Source: Botryllus schlosseri
Lineage: Eukaryota
NCBI GenBank assembly: GCA_051294905.1
Contig: CM119371.1
Span: 33,978,001 to 34,042,000 of the forward strand
Length of the DNA: 64,000 bases
Direction of reading: 5' to 3'
The translations under genes and the position numbers were made by a program. A model generated the notes under the pieces. It was not told the origin of the DNA. It saw only the letters and a list, made by a program, of their open reading frames with translations, and did not search any database. Positions 1-10,038 of this stretch are shown here, piece by piece. Positions within the stretch are counted from its first letter, which is position 1, and every line of letters starts with the position of its first letter.

Positions 1-1306
1 GCAAGGCGCGATTAACGAGAGATGAAATGAGGTTTAATTTACGCCGCTTCGGGCAGAATGAATCCCAACGAATGTAATGACCAGTGAAAGTAGGTTTTCT
101 GTACACCGACGTTAAAAACGTTTGTCCTGATCTCTCTACTAAGACTTCTAAAAAGGGAAGGGCAGCATCAGTTTCCTTTTCCACGGTAAATTGTAGAGCT
201 GGATGGAGACAATTCAATTTTTCGAAAAAAGTATTACACTCTCGCTCATTTTTAAAGGCAACAAAGGTGTCATCGACATATCTAAAATAGAGGAGAGGTT
301 TTGCGACGTTTTCAAACAATTTCTTTTCATGGTATCCCACGAATATATCGGCCAGACTAGGTCCCAACGGTGAACCCATCGAAATACCATTGCATTGACG
401 GAACATCGTGTCATTAAAGCTGAATTCAACGCTACTAGTAGCAGTTTGCAACAATTCAAGAAATATTTCACGCGGTAGTTTCGGAGGTTCAAGCGTGCCA
501 TCATAAAGCGCGTCTGCGCAGATTTCGAAAGTTTCCGACAATGGTACGTTAGTAAAAAGACTTTTCACATCAAATGAGCTGAGAAATACATTGGACGGAT
601 TTAATTTGGCGCGTTTTAATTCGTCTACAAACGTGAACGAGTCGCGAACGCAGTGGTGCGTATACAAGGATCGAACTGGCTCAATGACGGTGTTAAGCCA
701 TTTGGCTAAATTATGCTGTGCTGATCCACACATAGACAATATGGGGCGAAGAGGTACGTTATCTTTATGTGTTTTCGGTGAACCGTACATACGCGGCCGT
801 TGTGATCCCGTTGGGCGTAGAGACTCGTACAGATTTGAAGGAAGTACTCCATCCTTCTTCAGTTTGAGAAGGCGACGCTGCAGCTTCATTTCTAACTTGC
901 GCGTGTTATCGTTCATGTCGGCAGGACCCAGGTTGGTGAACTTTGACGAATCTTGAAGAATGGATTCCATTTTCATGTTGTAATCTGCCCGGTTCAAAAT
1001 CACAACTCCAGAACCTTTGTCAGGTTTTGTGATGCAAATATTTTCGTTTGAACGTAAGGATTTGATGGCTTTAAGACAATCCTTGTTCATCAGAAAATCA
1101 CCGGCGTCCACTGGGGTGCCACAATACGCATGTGCAAGATCACTGAGCTTAGCTTTCATCGCAGAAAAATATTCCGGAGATAATGGTCTATGGTGTTGTA
1201 GTTGACCAATTACTACCTCGAAATCGGCGAATATTTCTTTTCTCTTAACGTTGTTGGGAGGCAAACAAAAATCCAATCCATGAGACAATTCAAATTCTTC
1301 GATATC
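1..1306 (-). mobile_element. Penelope-like element (PLE) reverse transcriptase ORF, 5'-truncated, runs off the left window edge; left arm of an inverted duplication
   Basis: Minus-strand frame from 1306 reads DIEEFELSHGLDFCLPP...KPDKGSGVVILNRADY...MYGSPKTHK...FDVKSLFTNVP...MGSPLGP...YFRYVDD. Bases 1-1101 are the reverse complement of 1308-2408. Confidence 0.92.
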
Positions 1307-1405
1307 AGTGATTTTCTGATGAACAAGGATTGTCTTAAAGCCATCAAATCCTTACGTTGAAACGAAAAAATTTGCATCACAAAACCTGACAAAGGTTCTG
1401 GAGTT

Positions 1406-3124
1406 GTGATTTTGAACCGGGCAGATTACAACATGAAAATGGAATCCATTCTTCAAGATTCGTCAAAGTTCACCAACCTGGGTCCTGCCGACATGAACGA
1501 TAACACGCGCAAGTTAGAAATGAAGCTGCAGCGTCGCCTTCTCAAACTGAAGAAGGATGGAGTACTTCCTTCAAATCTGTACGAGTCTCTACGCCCAACG
1601 GGATCACAACGGCCGCGTATGTACGGTTCACCGAAAACAAATAAAGATAACGTACCTCTTCGCCCCATATTGTCTATGTGTGGATCAGCACAGCATAATT
1701 TAGCCAAATGGCTTAACACCGTCATTGAGCCAGTTCGATCCTTGTATACGCACCACTGCGTTCGCGACTCGTTCACGTTTGTAGACGAATTAAAACGCGC
1801 CAAATTAAATCCGTCCAATGTATTTCTCAGCTCATTTGATGTGAAAAGTCTTTTTACTAACGTACCATTGTCGGAAACTTTCGAAATCTGCGCAGACGCG
1901 CTTTATGATGGCACGCTTGAACCTCCGAAACTACCGCGTGAAATATTTCTTGAATTGTTGCAAACTGCTACTAGTAGCGTTGAATTCAGCTTTAATGACA
2001 CGATGTTCCGTCAATGCAATGGTATTTCGATGGGTTCACCGTTGGGACCTAGTCTGGCCGATATATTCGTGGGATACCATGAAAAGAAATTGTTTGAAAA
2101 CGTCGCAAAACCTCTCCTCTATTTTAGATATGTCGATGACACCTTTGTTGCCTTTAAAAATGAGCGAGAGTGTAATACTTTCTTCGAAAAATTGAATTGT
2201 CTCCATCCAGCTCTACAATTTACCGTGGAAAAGGAAACTGATGCTGCCCTTCCCTTTTTAGACGTCTTAGTAGAGAGATCAGGACAAACGTTTTTAACGT
2301 CGGTGTACAGAAAACCTACTTTCACTGGTCATTACATTCGTTGGGATTCATTCTGCCCGAAGCGGCGTAAATTAAACCTCATTTCATCTCTCGTTAATCG
2401 CGCCTTGCGCATCTGCTCACCGGAAAAACTGTCACGCGAATTGGATGATATCCACTTGATTCTCTCCAAAAATGGCTATACGAACCACAGATTAAAATGC
2501 TCCATCTCTAGGGTATTGAAAAAATCGGATACAGCTCCAAAATATGGCCCAGAAAAATGCCCGGCATTTTTACACCTACCTTGGCTAGGTAACGTGTCTA
2601 GCCGATTTGAAAAGCTTATTAAATCGGCTGTTCACCGTTGCTACTACAGCGTTAACACGCATGTAGTGTACACGACGAAACCCTTGTTACCCAACTCTCG
2701 AAAAGATGTACTTCCTGCCTTTGATGCAAGTAATGTTGTTGTTTACCAATACAAGTGCCACTGTGATAGTAGGTATGTAGGACGTACATCTCAAAGATTG
2801 TTTGAGCGTATTAAGCAGCATATCCCAAAATTGATTCGGTCAAAAACATGCGCAAATGATCGCACGGAGCTCGCACGTCAGTGCAAATTGGCTGCAAAAA
2901 CAGACTGATATGATGATTACCAAGCATATGCTTCGTCAATCGGTCAGCATCTGAGCGAAAACCTTGCCTGTGCACAGCACTATGATGACAATATGTTCAC
3001 TGTCATTGCGCGTGGTAGGTCTGTGTTTCATTTAAAAGTGTTGGAGTCTACTATTATTCAGTTGAGCAAACCTATTTTATGCAGACAGAAAGATTTCCTC
3101 TATAACCTACAAATTTCTCATTAG
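1406..3124 (+). pseudogene. PLE RT/GIY-YIG polyprotein interrupted by a premature TGA at 2906-2908
   Basis: 500-aa ORF in the track plus 71 further in-frame codons that complete the GIY-YIG domain. Confidence 0.85.
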
Positions 3125-3316
3125 TGCGTGTTGTTCCGTGCGTGTAACTGTTTATTTACAAATTGTTCTGCTACCATAGTACCGTATGTCCGTATACTTC
3201 GTAGTTTGTTATTGTTGCCATTGATACAATGCGAATTTCATGGTCTGTGATTTTGATTGTTGCGTCATACTTTGCCTTTTTGGTTTTGCTTTTAAATCTG
3301 TTTAAATCCCTTTAGT

Positions 3317-3361
3317 GTGCCGATAACTCTTGAAAAGAGGCACCCGAAAAGTCTTCGAGTT
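3317..3361 (+). ncRNA. Minimal type I hammerhead ribozyme, U3-A8 core variant, at the PLE 3' end
   Basis: Stem I AACTC 3325-3329 / GAGTT 3357-3361; core TTGAAAA; 1-bp stem II G3337-C3345; GAAA; stem III AAGTCTT; C17 at 3356. Loop GGCAC is complementary to upstream GTGCC 3317-3321. AATAAA follows. Confidence 0.75.
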
Positions 3362-3698
3362 TAATAAATATACTGCTACAATGGATGTTGTATTGAAAGC
3401 TATATTCAAATTTTGTACCACGAACCAGCTATTTGTGAAATTAGCACACATATTCTTTAGTGGATATTCTAACTTTGGTTGAAATAAGGTGTGAAATGGC
3501 TGAATATTTTGACGCTCACCGTGTTTCCCGGATTTTTGAAATATATTTTGGCACAAGTTTTGGGGTAAAATGTTTCAGTGAAATTTTTTAAAGGTGCTTT
3601 TTAGACAATCCAATTACTCCGAGATACAAACCTTAAAGTTTTTTTCAATAATAAGTAGGGTTCCTTTGAGGAGAAAAGTTTTTGTTCCGAAGAATTGT

Positions 3699-3857
3699 TG
3701 ATTGATTGATTGATTGTTGATATACAATGTTCTTTCCAATTCTCTACTAGTTGCTGACGATTACCCCTGACGAGTGTCAGCCGAAAATATTCGGGTTCAT
3801 TTCAATATGAATATACTATTTAATTGTATATTTAAGTTCTGTACCTCCAAGAAGCTC
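3699..3857 (+). mobile_element. Short (159 bp) hammerhead-carrying PLE-type insertion with 14-bp flanking direct repeat
   Basis: TTCCGAAGAATTGT at 3685-3698 and 3858-3871. The insert starts with (TGAT)n and contains the hammerhead at 3753-3796. Confidence 0.75.
3753..3796 (+). ncRNA. Minimal type I hammerhead ribozyme (canonical core)
   Basis: Stem I ACCC/GGGT; CTGACGA; G-tgtcagc-C; GAAA; palindromic stem III AATATT; UUC cleavage triplet ending 3792. Upstream GCTGACG pairs with loop TGTCAGC. Confidence 0.85.
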
Positions 3858-4484
3858 TTCCGAAGAATTGTAAAAAAATTGTGAATTTTTGACTTCGATG
3901 AATATAAATGGAGAGACCCTCTACTTATAAACAACAATAAACCATTTCAGTCCGTGAAGCATCCCACGATAGTTCAACCTTCAAATTTTCATGTTGATTG
4001 GACGATTTTTTGCCTAAAAAATGATTGGTAACTTTCAAGGTACGACAAAATTAAATTTCGAGAAAAAGCCAGTTCAATTTCGTAGCATGCAAAAGTCACA
4101 GTATTACTCTAAAAATTTAAAATTAACACAGTTTATAGTCTAAAAAGCGTCAAGGATGCCATGTATATTTCCTGCATTGTAGAGTTTTCTGCTTCTGATG
4201 GCCCCGTCCATTCTCACACAGTTCTGAATGAGGTTACTTCCATTCTCTGGTATCCCTTTTTCCATCATGATTTCCCACGGTTTGCAGTATACTCGCTTAT
4301 TAGTCGCCAATAATACGGTAAATGGCTCGAACAAATCCCGATGCCGTGTTTAGTTGCATGTCTTGTCAAACGCCATGACACACCGAATGACACTGTGATA
4401 AATGTGACACTTTAATCCAGCCTCTAACAGTCATCAATATCATATTTGATCGACAAAACAGTCACCAAACTGTCACTGAGGGTC

Positions 4485-4805
4485 CCAATATTGGCTAAGA
4501 AGGGTATCAATTTTTGCATTTGTCTGTTCTTGAGTCCGCCATCATCACTATGAGTAAACCTAGTCTATGCCAACAGAAATAATTTGTGTATCATTTGAAA
4601 ATCGCTAATTAACTTATTTTCTTTCGCTATCTCCGTGCCTGTGCTACAGTTCTCTCGTTTTTCGAGCTTCGTATATACTCTGTGTGACGTCATAGTCAGC
4701 AATAGTGATTGTTATTTGAAATAGTTATTTAAATGCTCGCATTATATTGCTGCCGGTATGCCAAATTATAGTGTCAGCTGAAAAGCTTCAGGAATAAATA
4801 TGAAT
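4485..4805 (+). mobile_element. Degenerate PLE 3' end (GIY-YIG C-terminus plus eroded hammerhead)
   Basis: Translates to HLSVLESAIITMSKPSLCQQK*FVYHLKIA, matching 3030-3120 and 8380-8475. 4755-4800 (ggtatgcc...gtgtcagctgaaaagcttcaggaataaa) matches 8611-8655 but the CTGATGA core is destroyed. Confidence 0.75.
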
Positions 4806-4814
4806 ATATTACTC

Positions 4815-4935
4815 AAAAGGCTAAAAGTGGGCCGTGCTACAAGTCGGCAGCTATGGAATGAAAATGATGAAAATTGACTTGGTGTAAATAAGCATTGTAC
4901 TCGACAAACACCATGGATACTAGAACCAACATCAA
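4815..4935 (+). mobile_element. 3' fragment of the tRNA-derived SINE seen at 10539-10824
   Basis: agtgggccgtgctacaagtcg...ggtgtaaat...cgacaaacacc is shared with 10700-10800. Confidence 0.7.
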
Positions 4936-5851
4936 CCAATATCATTGACCGATTCTTTCACGAATTTTGGAAAAATTTCGCGATGGCGCGATCGACCAGA
5001 TAAACCCACTAACTGAGGATAAGAAATGTTGTACGCTAGTAATGGTTGGAATATCGTGCTTTGGGATCTGTGGCCCCATAAGTTTAGTTTATAACCCTAT
5101 GGGGCCCAAGACCAACATTTAGTTGTTGGTGGCTGACCTGGGTGTATATTCACACCCGTTTATCAGGGGTGCTACACGGATGGGAATACACATTTTTCGC
5201 TAAAAGCGTAGTTCTACTTGAAAATTTTCAGATTTTTAGGCAAAATTGGACCAAGAATACTTACTTTTACTTATTTATTTAGTTGTAAATCGCTACATCC
5301 ATTTGTATTTCAGTACTATACGGTGATTTCGTTGACCGCGCCTATGATGAGGGCGCATCTCTGAAATTTTGTCTAAAATCAGTATTTGCTGCACTCTTCG
5401 ATGATGGGCCGATATAGCAGGAATTGGGTGCTATATGTTTCACTATTCATCGCACCATGATGAATAACACCTCATGCATAAACACAATCGGGTCATTGTA
5501 GAATGTACATGAATCGAACCAAGTCATGTGACGCGAGACTATAGGACGACCAAAACACATATTTCGTTGTAACTTCGAAGAATAATTAAGTCACCACATG
5601 ATTGGTATTTCATCTATCAGTCATGCTATCTGAAAATATGGCCCAAAACTGTTAGGTCTGAGTTATATTCCGACTTTATGAATGCGAGCCGTTTTATATC
5701 ACTCAATATGATTGCATTAGGTTTATCATCGACCGGTATTTCACTTTCATTATTCACCGCGGTATGATGACTAACGCTTTATTGTGAAGCAAAACCGAAA
5801 AGGTCTACATTTCTACATCATGTGAATAATTTCAGCTGATTCGGTTTCCAG

Positions 5852-6002
5852 GGAATCGAACACAGAGCGGACGTTGCACGCCTGCAAATCATGCTCGAAG
5901 TCGGCGGCATATATCTTGACACCGACATGATAATCTTGAAGTCGCTTGATCCGTTGTTGAACTACCCAATCGTGCTCGGTTCGGAGATACCTGGTGCCTT
6001 GG
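5852..6002 (+). CDS. GT32 glycosyltransferase paralog A, DxD-motif exon (upstream exons not seen in window)
   Basis: ttccag|GIEHRADVARLQIMLEVGGIYLDTDMIILKSLDPLLNYPIVLGSEIPGAL|gtaggt, phase 0 to 1. The GGIYLDxD motif is typical of A4GNT/A4GALT-type enzymes. Confidence 0.9.
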
Positions 6003-6505
6003 GTAGGTATATTTACATTATCTTGCGCCATGAAAAAAGTCCCCCTGAATTATTTTGTACACAGCCTTCTTTCGGTCATTCGTTTATTCACAAATTTTGC
6101 CGATTCAAAACTCCACGACACTGCGATAAAATGATATGCTAGAAAATTGCTGAAACGACATGGATTAGTCTTTCTACCAGACACCGACCCACTTTGGCCG
6201 AAATCAGAGATATCACACTGGATGAAAAGTAGCAGGAGATAACTGTTAAGAGACCGTTTACCATCAAACTTTATGCTTAGTTGACATCACCTCTCCTGCA
6301 TAGGAACGGACATAAATAAGTCTCACGGCACGGCGCTTCTCATCTTGTAGTAAACCGCCCTATACCATCGCTACGTCGATGACAAACTCGTGATTTTCGA
6401 TAATGATAGTTTCCTACATAATATAAACAAATTTCGCCCGACATTGCAACTCACGTCGGAAAAGGAAACTACCGGTGACGGTCACTTCCTTGCATCGGTT
6501 TATAT

Positions 6506-7679
6506 CAGTGGTTCCCAACCTTTTACCACCCACGTACCACTTCGAGGTTTGATGCAGTGCCCGCGTACCACCTACATAATTTACGCAAGCCGTAGTCGGT
6601 CAAAAATGTTTTCACCATCACCACGCCATAATCACGTATTTGACCTATGTGCGGTGCAATAACCAGGGCGATTTATTTATATAAAAATCGGAGGATTTGG
6701 ACCTATAAAAACTTAATTTTGACCAAATGTTTACCTCACGCAAATTAGGTGTTTTCGCATATAATGTTACAATTGAACTACTTATATTCATTTCTGGTTG
6801 GGACTGTCTGTCCTTACGAAGTTTTGCCTGAAAAAGCGTTTTTGACTTGAAAACTGACATATTTTGACATGATTTTATTTTAATTTTAAGGATATCTGGC
6901 CCAGTAGTTATACACCACGTATTATGGTAGAGTTAATCAAAGTTTGTTGTAGCACAACGAAATATTACTTTCCTATATTCCCGGGTAGAAAGTGTCTGCC
7001 CTTTATCAGTAGCTTGCCAAGAATAGAGAAATAAGACCGTTCAAAAGCAGTAGTTGCTGACTGACAACACTGAATTTGTGCGTACAATCTACACTGCTGG
7101 TGACACACTATGTTGCTTCATTCTGACAATGTTGTCATATGACAATTTTTCATCATGCGCTTCTCTATAAAAGAACCTTGCAATGCCCAATTAGTCTTGC
7201 TTCAGTTAGGATAGCGGTAAGTTGACCATAACACCATGTCAATTGTCAACCTATTGGTTTCGTTTGACAGTTTATGATCCACGATCAGCAGACAATAAGC
7301 CGTCTACAACGGTAGGCCTATAAAGTAGGCTACAAGCTGTAAAATATCAAAATCTAAGATACAAACGAAATGAAGGGGTCAAAAAGATGTTGACTTCGTA
7401 AACAATTTTGACAATCTTTTGATTTAACGCTTCAATTCTGTCAAAATAATCGACCTAGTGATAAAAATTTCTATTAAGCTAGGCATTATCAGCCCGGGTT
7501 GATGAGATGCATGGAATTGTCAAATAAATAGTCAAAAAGCTTCAAAAAATTCAAAATCAACCCCACCAGAAATAATAACTTCCTTCGGTCAAATAACAAA
7601 AACATAATCTACTCGCGTACCACCTGGGAGACCTTCGCGTACCACTAGTGGTACGCGTACCACAGGTTGGGAACCACTG
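6506..7679. mobile_element. Non-autonomous hAT (Charlie/Buster-type) element
   Basis: TIR CAGTGGTTCCCAACC...GGTTGGGAACCACTG; TSD GTTTATAT/GTTTATAG. Inverted relative at 60824-61924. Confidence 0.9.
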
Positions 7680-8592
7680 GTTTATAGAAAGCCTGTTCTC
7701 AGGTCAATACCTTCGATGAAGCTCTATTAATCCAAAAGGTCGCAAAATCATTTTGATCGGCACCTTGGTCCATCGGGCGCTGATGATAAACGGAATGCTG
7801 AACCTGAGTACATCTGCAAAATTTTCATTAACAACGGGTACCCAGAGTATATGTCATCAAGCGCACAATAATTGATAAGTTACGTCATTGGAACGATACT
7901 AAACCATAAGAAACTTCCGAAGAAGTTTCTTGCGAAAATGGGGATGAATACATCCATCTATCTTGGATCAGCCCGGTTTCATATAAATTTGATAAACCAC
8001 TAACGTCAGCTGTCCACCGTTGTTATCTAACGTTAAAAACCTATTTTGTGTTTAGCAATGTTTCCTGAAACCCGAAATGATGTTCTCCCGACTTCGCATC
8101 AAATTCTTGTAATTGATCAATTCAAGTGCCACTGTGATTGTCGGTACATGGGGAGAACTTCCAGCGGTGGCAGGAACGTAATAAAGTACACATTTCACTG
8201 TCTATCATATCGTTCATTTCCAAGTCGCGGCAAAATAATCCGCCTGTTCTCGAAGACAAGCAAGCCAACAGAGCCGCCGCTCAAAAGTCTTCCATCAGTA
8301 AACATTTGAAAAATTCCACGTGTGCTGCCAATTAGATAGAATGAGGACATGTTTTCTATATTGGGATAGGGTCGTGATTTATTCCATTTGTTTGTTCTTG
8401 ACTCCACCATCGTCCGTACGCGCCAACCTAGTCTATGCCAACGGAGGAAATTCCTGTATCATTTAAAAATCGCACACCAACATTATTGCGTCACACTTCG
8501 CCATTTGGTTTTCAATCTTACCATGTTCTTTATCCTTTATCGTGCTGGTTGCTCAGTAAAAGTATGAATTTACTGTTAATAGTTATTTTAAA

Positions 8593-8646
8593 GCTGACAT
8601 TACTGCTGAGGGTATGCCCTGATGAGTGTCAGCCGAAAAGCGTTGA
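8593..8646 (+). ncRNA. Eroded hammerhead ribozyme motif at the 3' end of the degenerate PLE
   Basis: CTGATGA-G-TGTCAGC-C-GAAA at 8619-8638, with GCTGACA 8593-8599 complementary to the loop. Cleavage site and stem I 3' strand are not intact. Confidence 0.6.
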
Positions 8647-8750
8647 GAATAAATATGATCAGGGCTGAGTGAATACATCCGTAAATTCCGAAGTATACTT
8701 CGTACAAGAAATGACTCCGGAATAAATATTCTCTCTTTTTCTTATTGCAG

Positions 8751-8832
8751 CAAACGGCATAATTATTGCATCAAGGGAATCCTGGTTCTTAAAGCGTTGG
8801 TATCAAGAATATAAGTTCTTCCGAGACAAGGA
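8751..8832 (+). CDS. GT32 paralog A internal exon
   Basis: ttgcag|ANGIIIASRESWFLKRWYQEYKFFRDKE|gtgagt, phase 1 to 2, compatible with both neighbouring exons. Confidence 0.88.
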
Positions 8833-9517
8833 GTGAGTTGAGCCTCGTTCAGAGACCTGAAAATTACTGCGTCACGCGTGTTCGATAAACATCGCCAAAC
8901 TCCACAGCAACCTCTTACACCATGGAATTGAATGATGATGCATGAAAATCCAGGCGTATCTGCATTGAACGTTGAAGAATACAATATTAGATGAGCTTGA
9001 ATTTAACACTACATCGATTTTTATTATCAGTACGGTTGCAATAGCAATGGATATGGTGCTTTTGTTGAGGTAGCCTGCGCATTCAAGAGAAGCAACAATA
9101 TATAATGCTACTTCTAATGTAGTGCGATGCTGGTCAAGTTCTTTTTATTCTGAGAATTCGGTGAAACTATAAGATAGGACAGCAAAAACAATAATCGCGT
9201 TTCGAGGAATCCCAAAAATACAATTCCATTCTTCAAGGTTAGATAGCACTATCCAGGCTTTCGCAGTTGAGCCAAATTTAATTCTTCCGCAATTCGACCA
9301 AACACAGCAAGTCGCTTTGACTGGCCAGACAGTACCCCGGATATTTCTGACCAATGGTAATAGATGAGGTCGATTATCATAACCAAAAAGCGATTCAGAC
9401 ATCCAAATTATAGAATTTCTTCTCCCCACTTTATAAGCCCCGCTGTCGTATCCAATTGTCACACGCTGTGACACCAATAACTGCTCTTTTTTAACGAACG
9501 CTCTCATTAAAACACAG

Positions 9518-9685
9518 ATGGGGCCTTCATTCTTGTTACGTACCTTGGGGATTGTCGAATCTATTTCCTGACCTCATCCACGTTGAGTGGGACACCTTGA
9601 TTCGTCCTAACTTTGATGAGCTCGCGCTGCTTTACCACGAAGTTTGGGATTGGAGCAAGAACTACGCTATCCACATTTATTCGAG
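9518..9685 (+). CDS. GT32 paralog A internal exon
   Basis: acacag|WGLHSCYVPWGLSNLFPDLIHVEWDTLIRPNFDELALLYHEVWDWSKNYAIHIYSR|gtatgc, phase 2 to 2. Paralogous to 37406-37573. Confidence 0.9.
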
Positions 9686-10038
9686 GTATGCGTGATATGT
9701 GACGTTTAATGTCGTTGATGAAGAGTGAAATGTCGACATAGGGTATCACTGCTTTACGCCAAGCTCAGCGCGTCACGAAGTGAGGATTTTTAAACGTCCC
9801 CATTAGACCTGGGTCGATCGCACATTCTCACCTAAAGGGTGGTATACGAAAACAGAATCTAACTAAAAATTACACGACGGTTATAAATCCTACGTGCGTG
9901 GGTACCTGCATACCTTCCAACGTTCAAGCAGAATATGGATTATAATGTTGTATTTGATTGCTATCGCGGCGTAAGTCTAAGGTATGCTGTGATTTCGTGT
10001 ACCCTCTTTCACAGTTGGTGGTACTAGGGTGTAAATAC

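Larger units (their letters stand above)
1308..3368 (+). mobile_element. Penelope-like element: RT plus C-terminal GIY-YIG endonuclease, 5'-truncated, two in-frame TGA stops, 3' UTR with hammerhead and AATAAA
   Basis: ORF 1406-2908 has RT motifs (FDVKSLFTNVP, MGSPLGP, YFRYVDD, LPFLDV, VYRKPT) and the GIY-YIG start (VVYQYKCHCDSRYVGRT..RLFERIKQH). The same frame continues past TGA 2906-2908 as SSIGQHL...LKVLESTIIQLSKPILCRQK to TAG 3122-3124. An upstream in-frame TGA lies at 1358-1360. Confidence 0.93.
6340..8660 (+). mobile_element. Old degenerate PLE (RT to GIY-YIG to hammerhead), split by a hAT MITE, in an intron of paralog A
   Basis: KPPLYHRYVDD at about 6352-6385; VYRKP resumes right after the MITE (7680); DQFKCHCDCRYMGRT at about 8115-8160; HLFVLDSTIVRTRQPSLCQRRKFLYHL at about 8385-8465. 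Many frameshifts. Confidence 0.8.

Noticed and set aside
84..2325. Paired short ORFs (68, 96 and 121 aa) present on both strands
   Set aside because: Alternative-frame and antisense by-products of the inverted RT duplication.
2906..2908. In-frame TGA in the PLE ORF as selenocysteine or programmed readthrough (some Naiad PLEs are reported to encode selenoproteins)
   Set aside because: It falls in a variable linker rather than an obvious conserved Cys position. This element has a C-terminal endonuclease, I see no clear SECIS, and the same copy has another nonsense change at 1358-1360 that the left arm lacks. Simple mutation is likelier; the family consensus would settle it.
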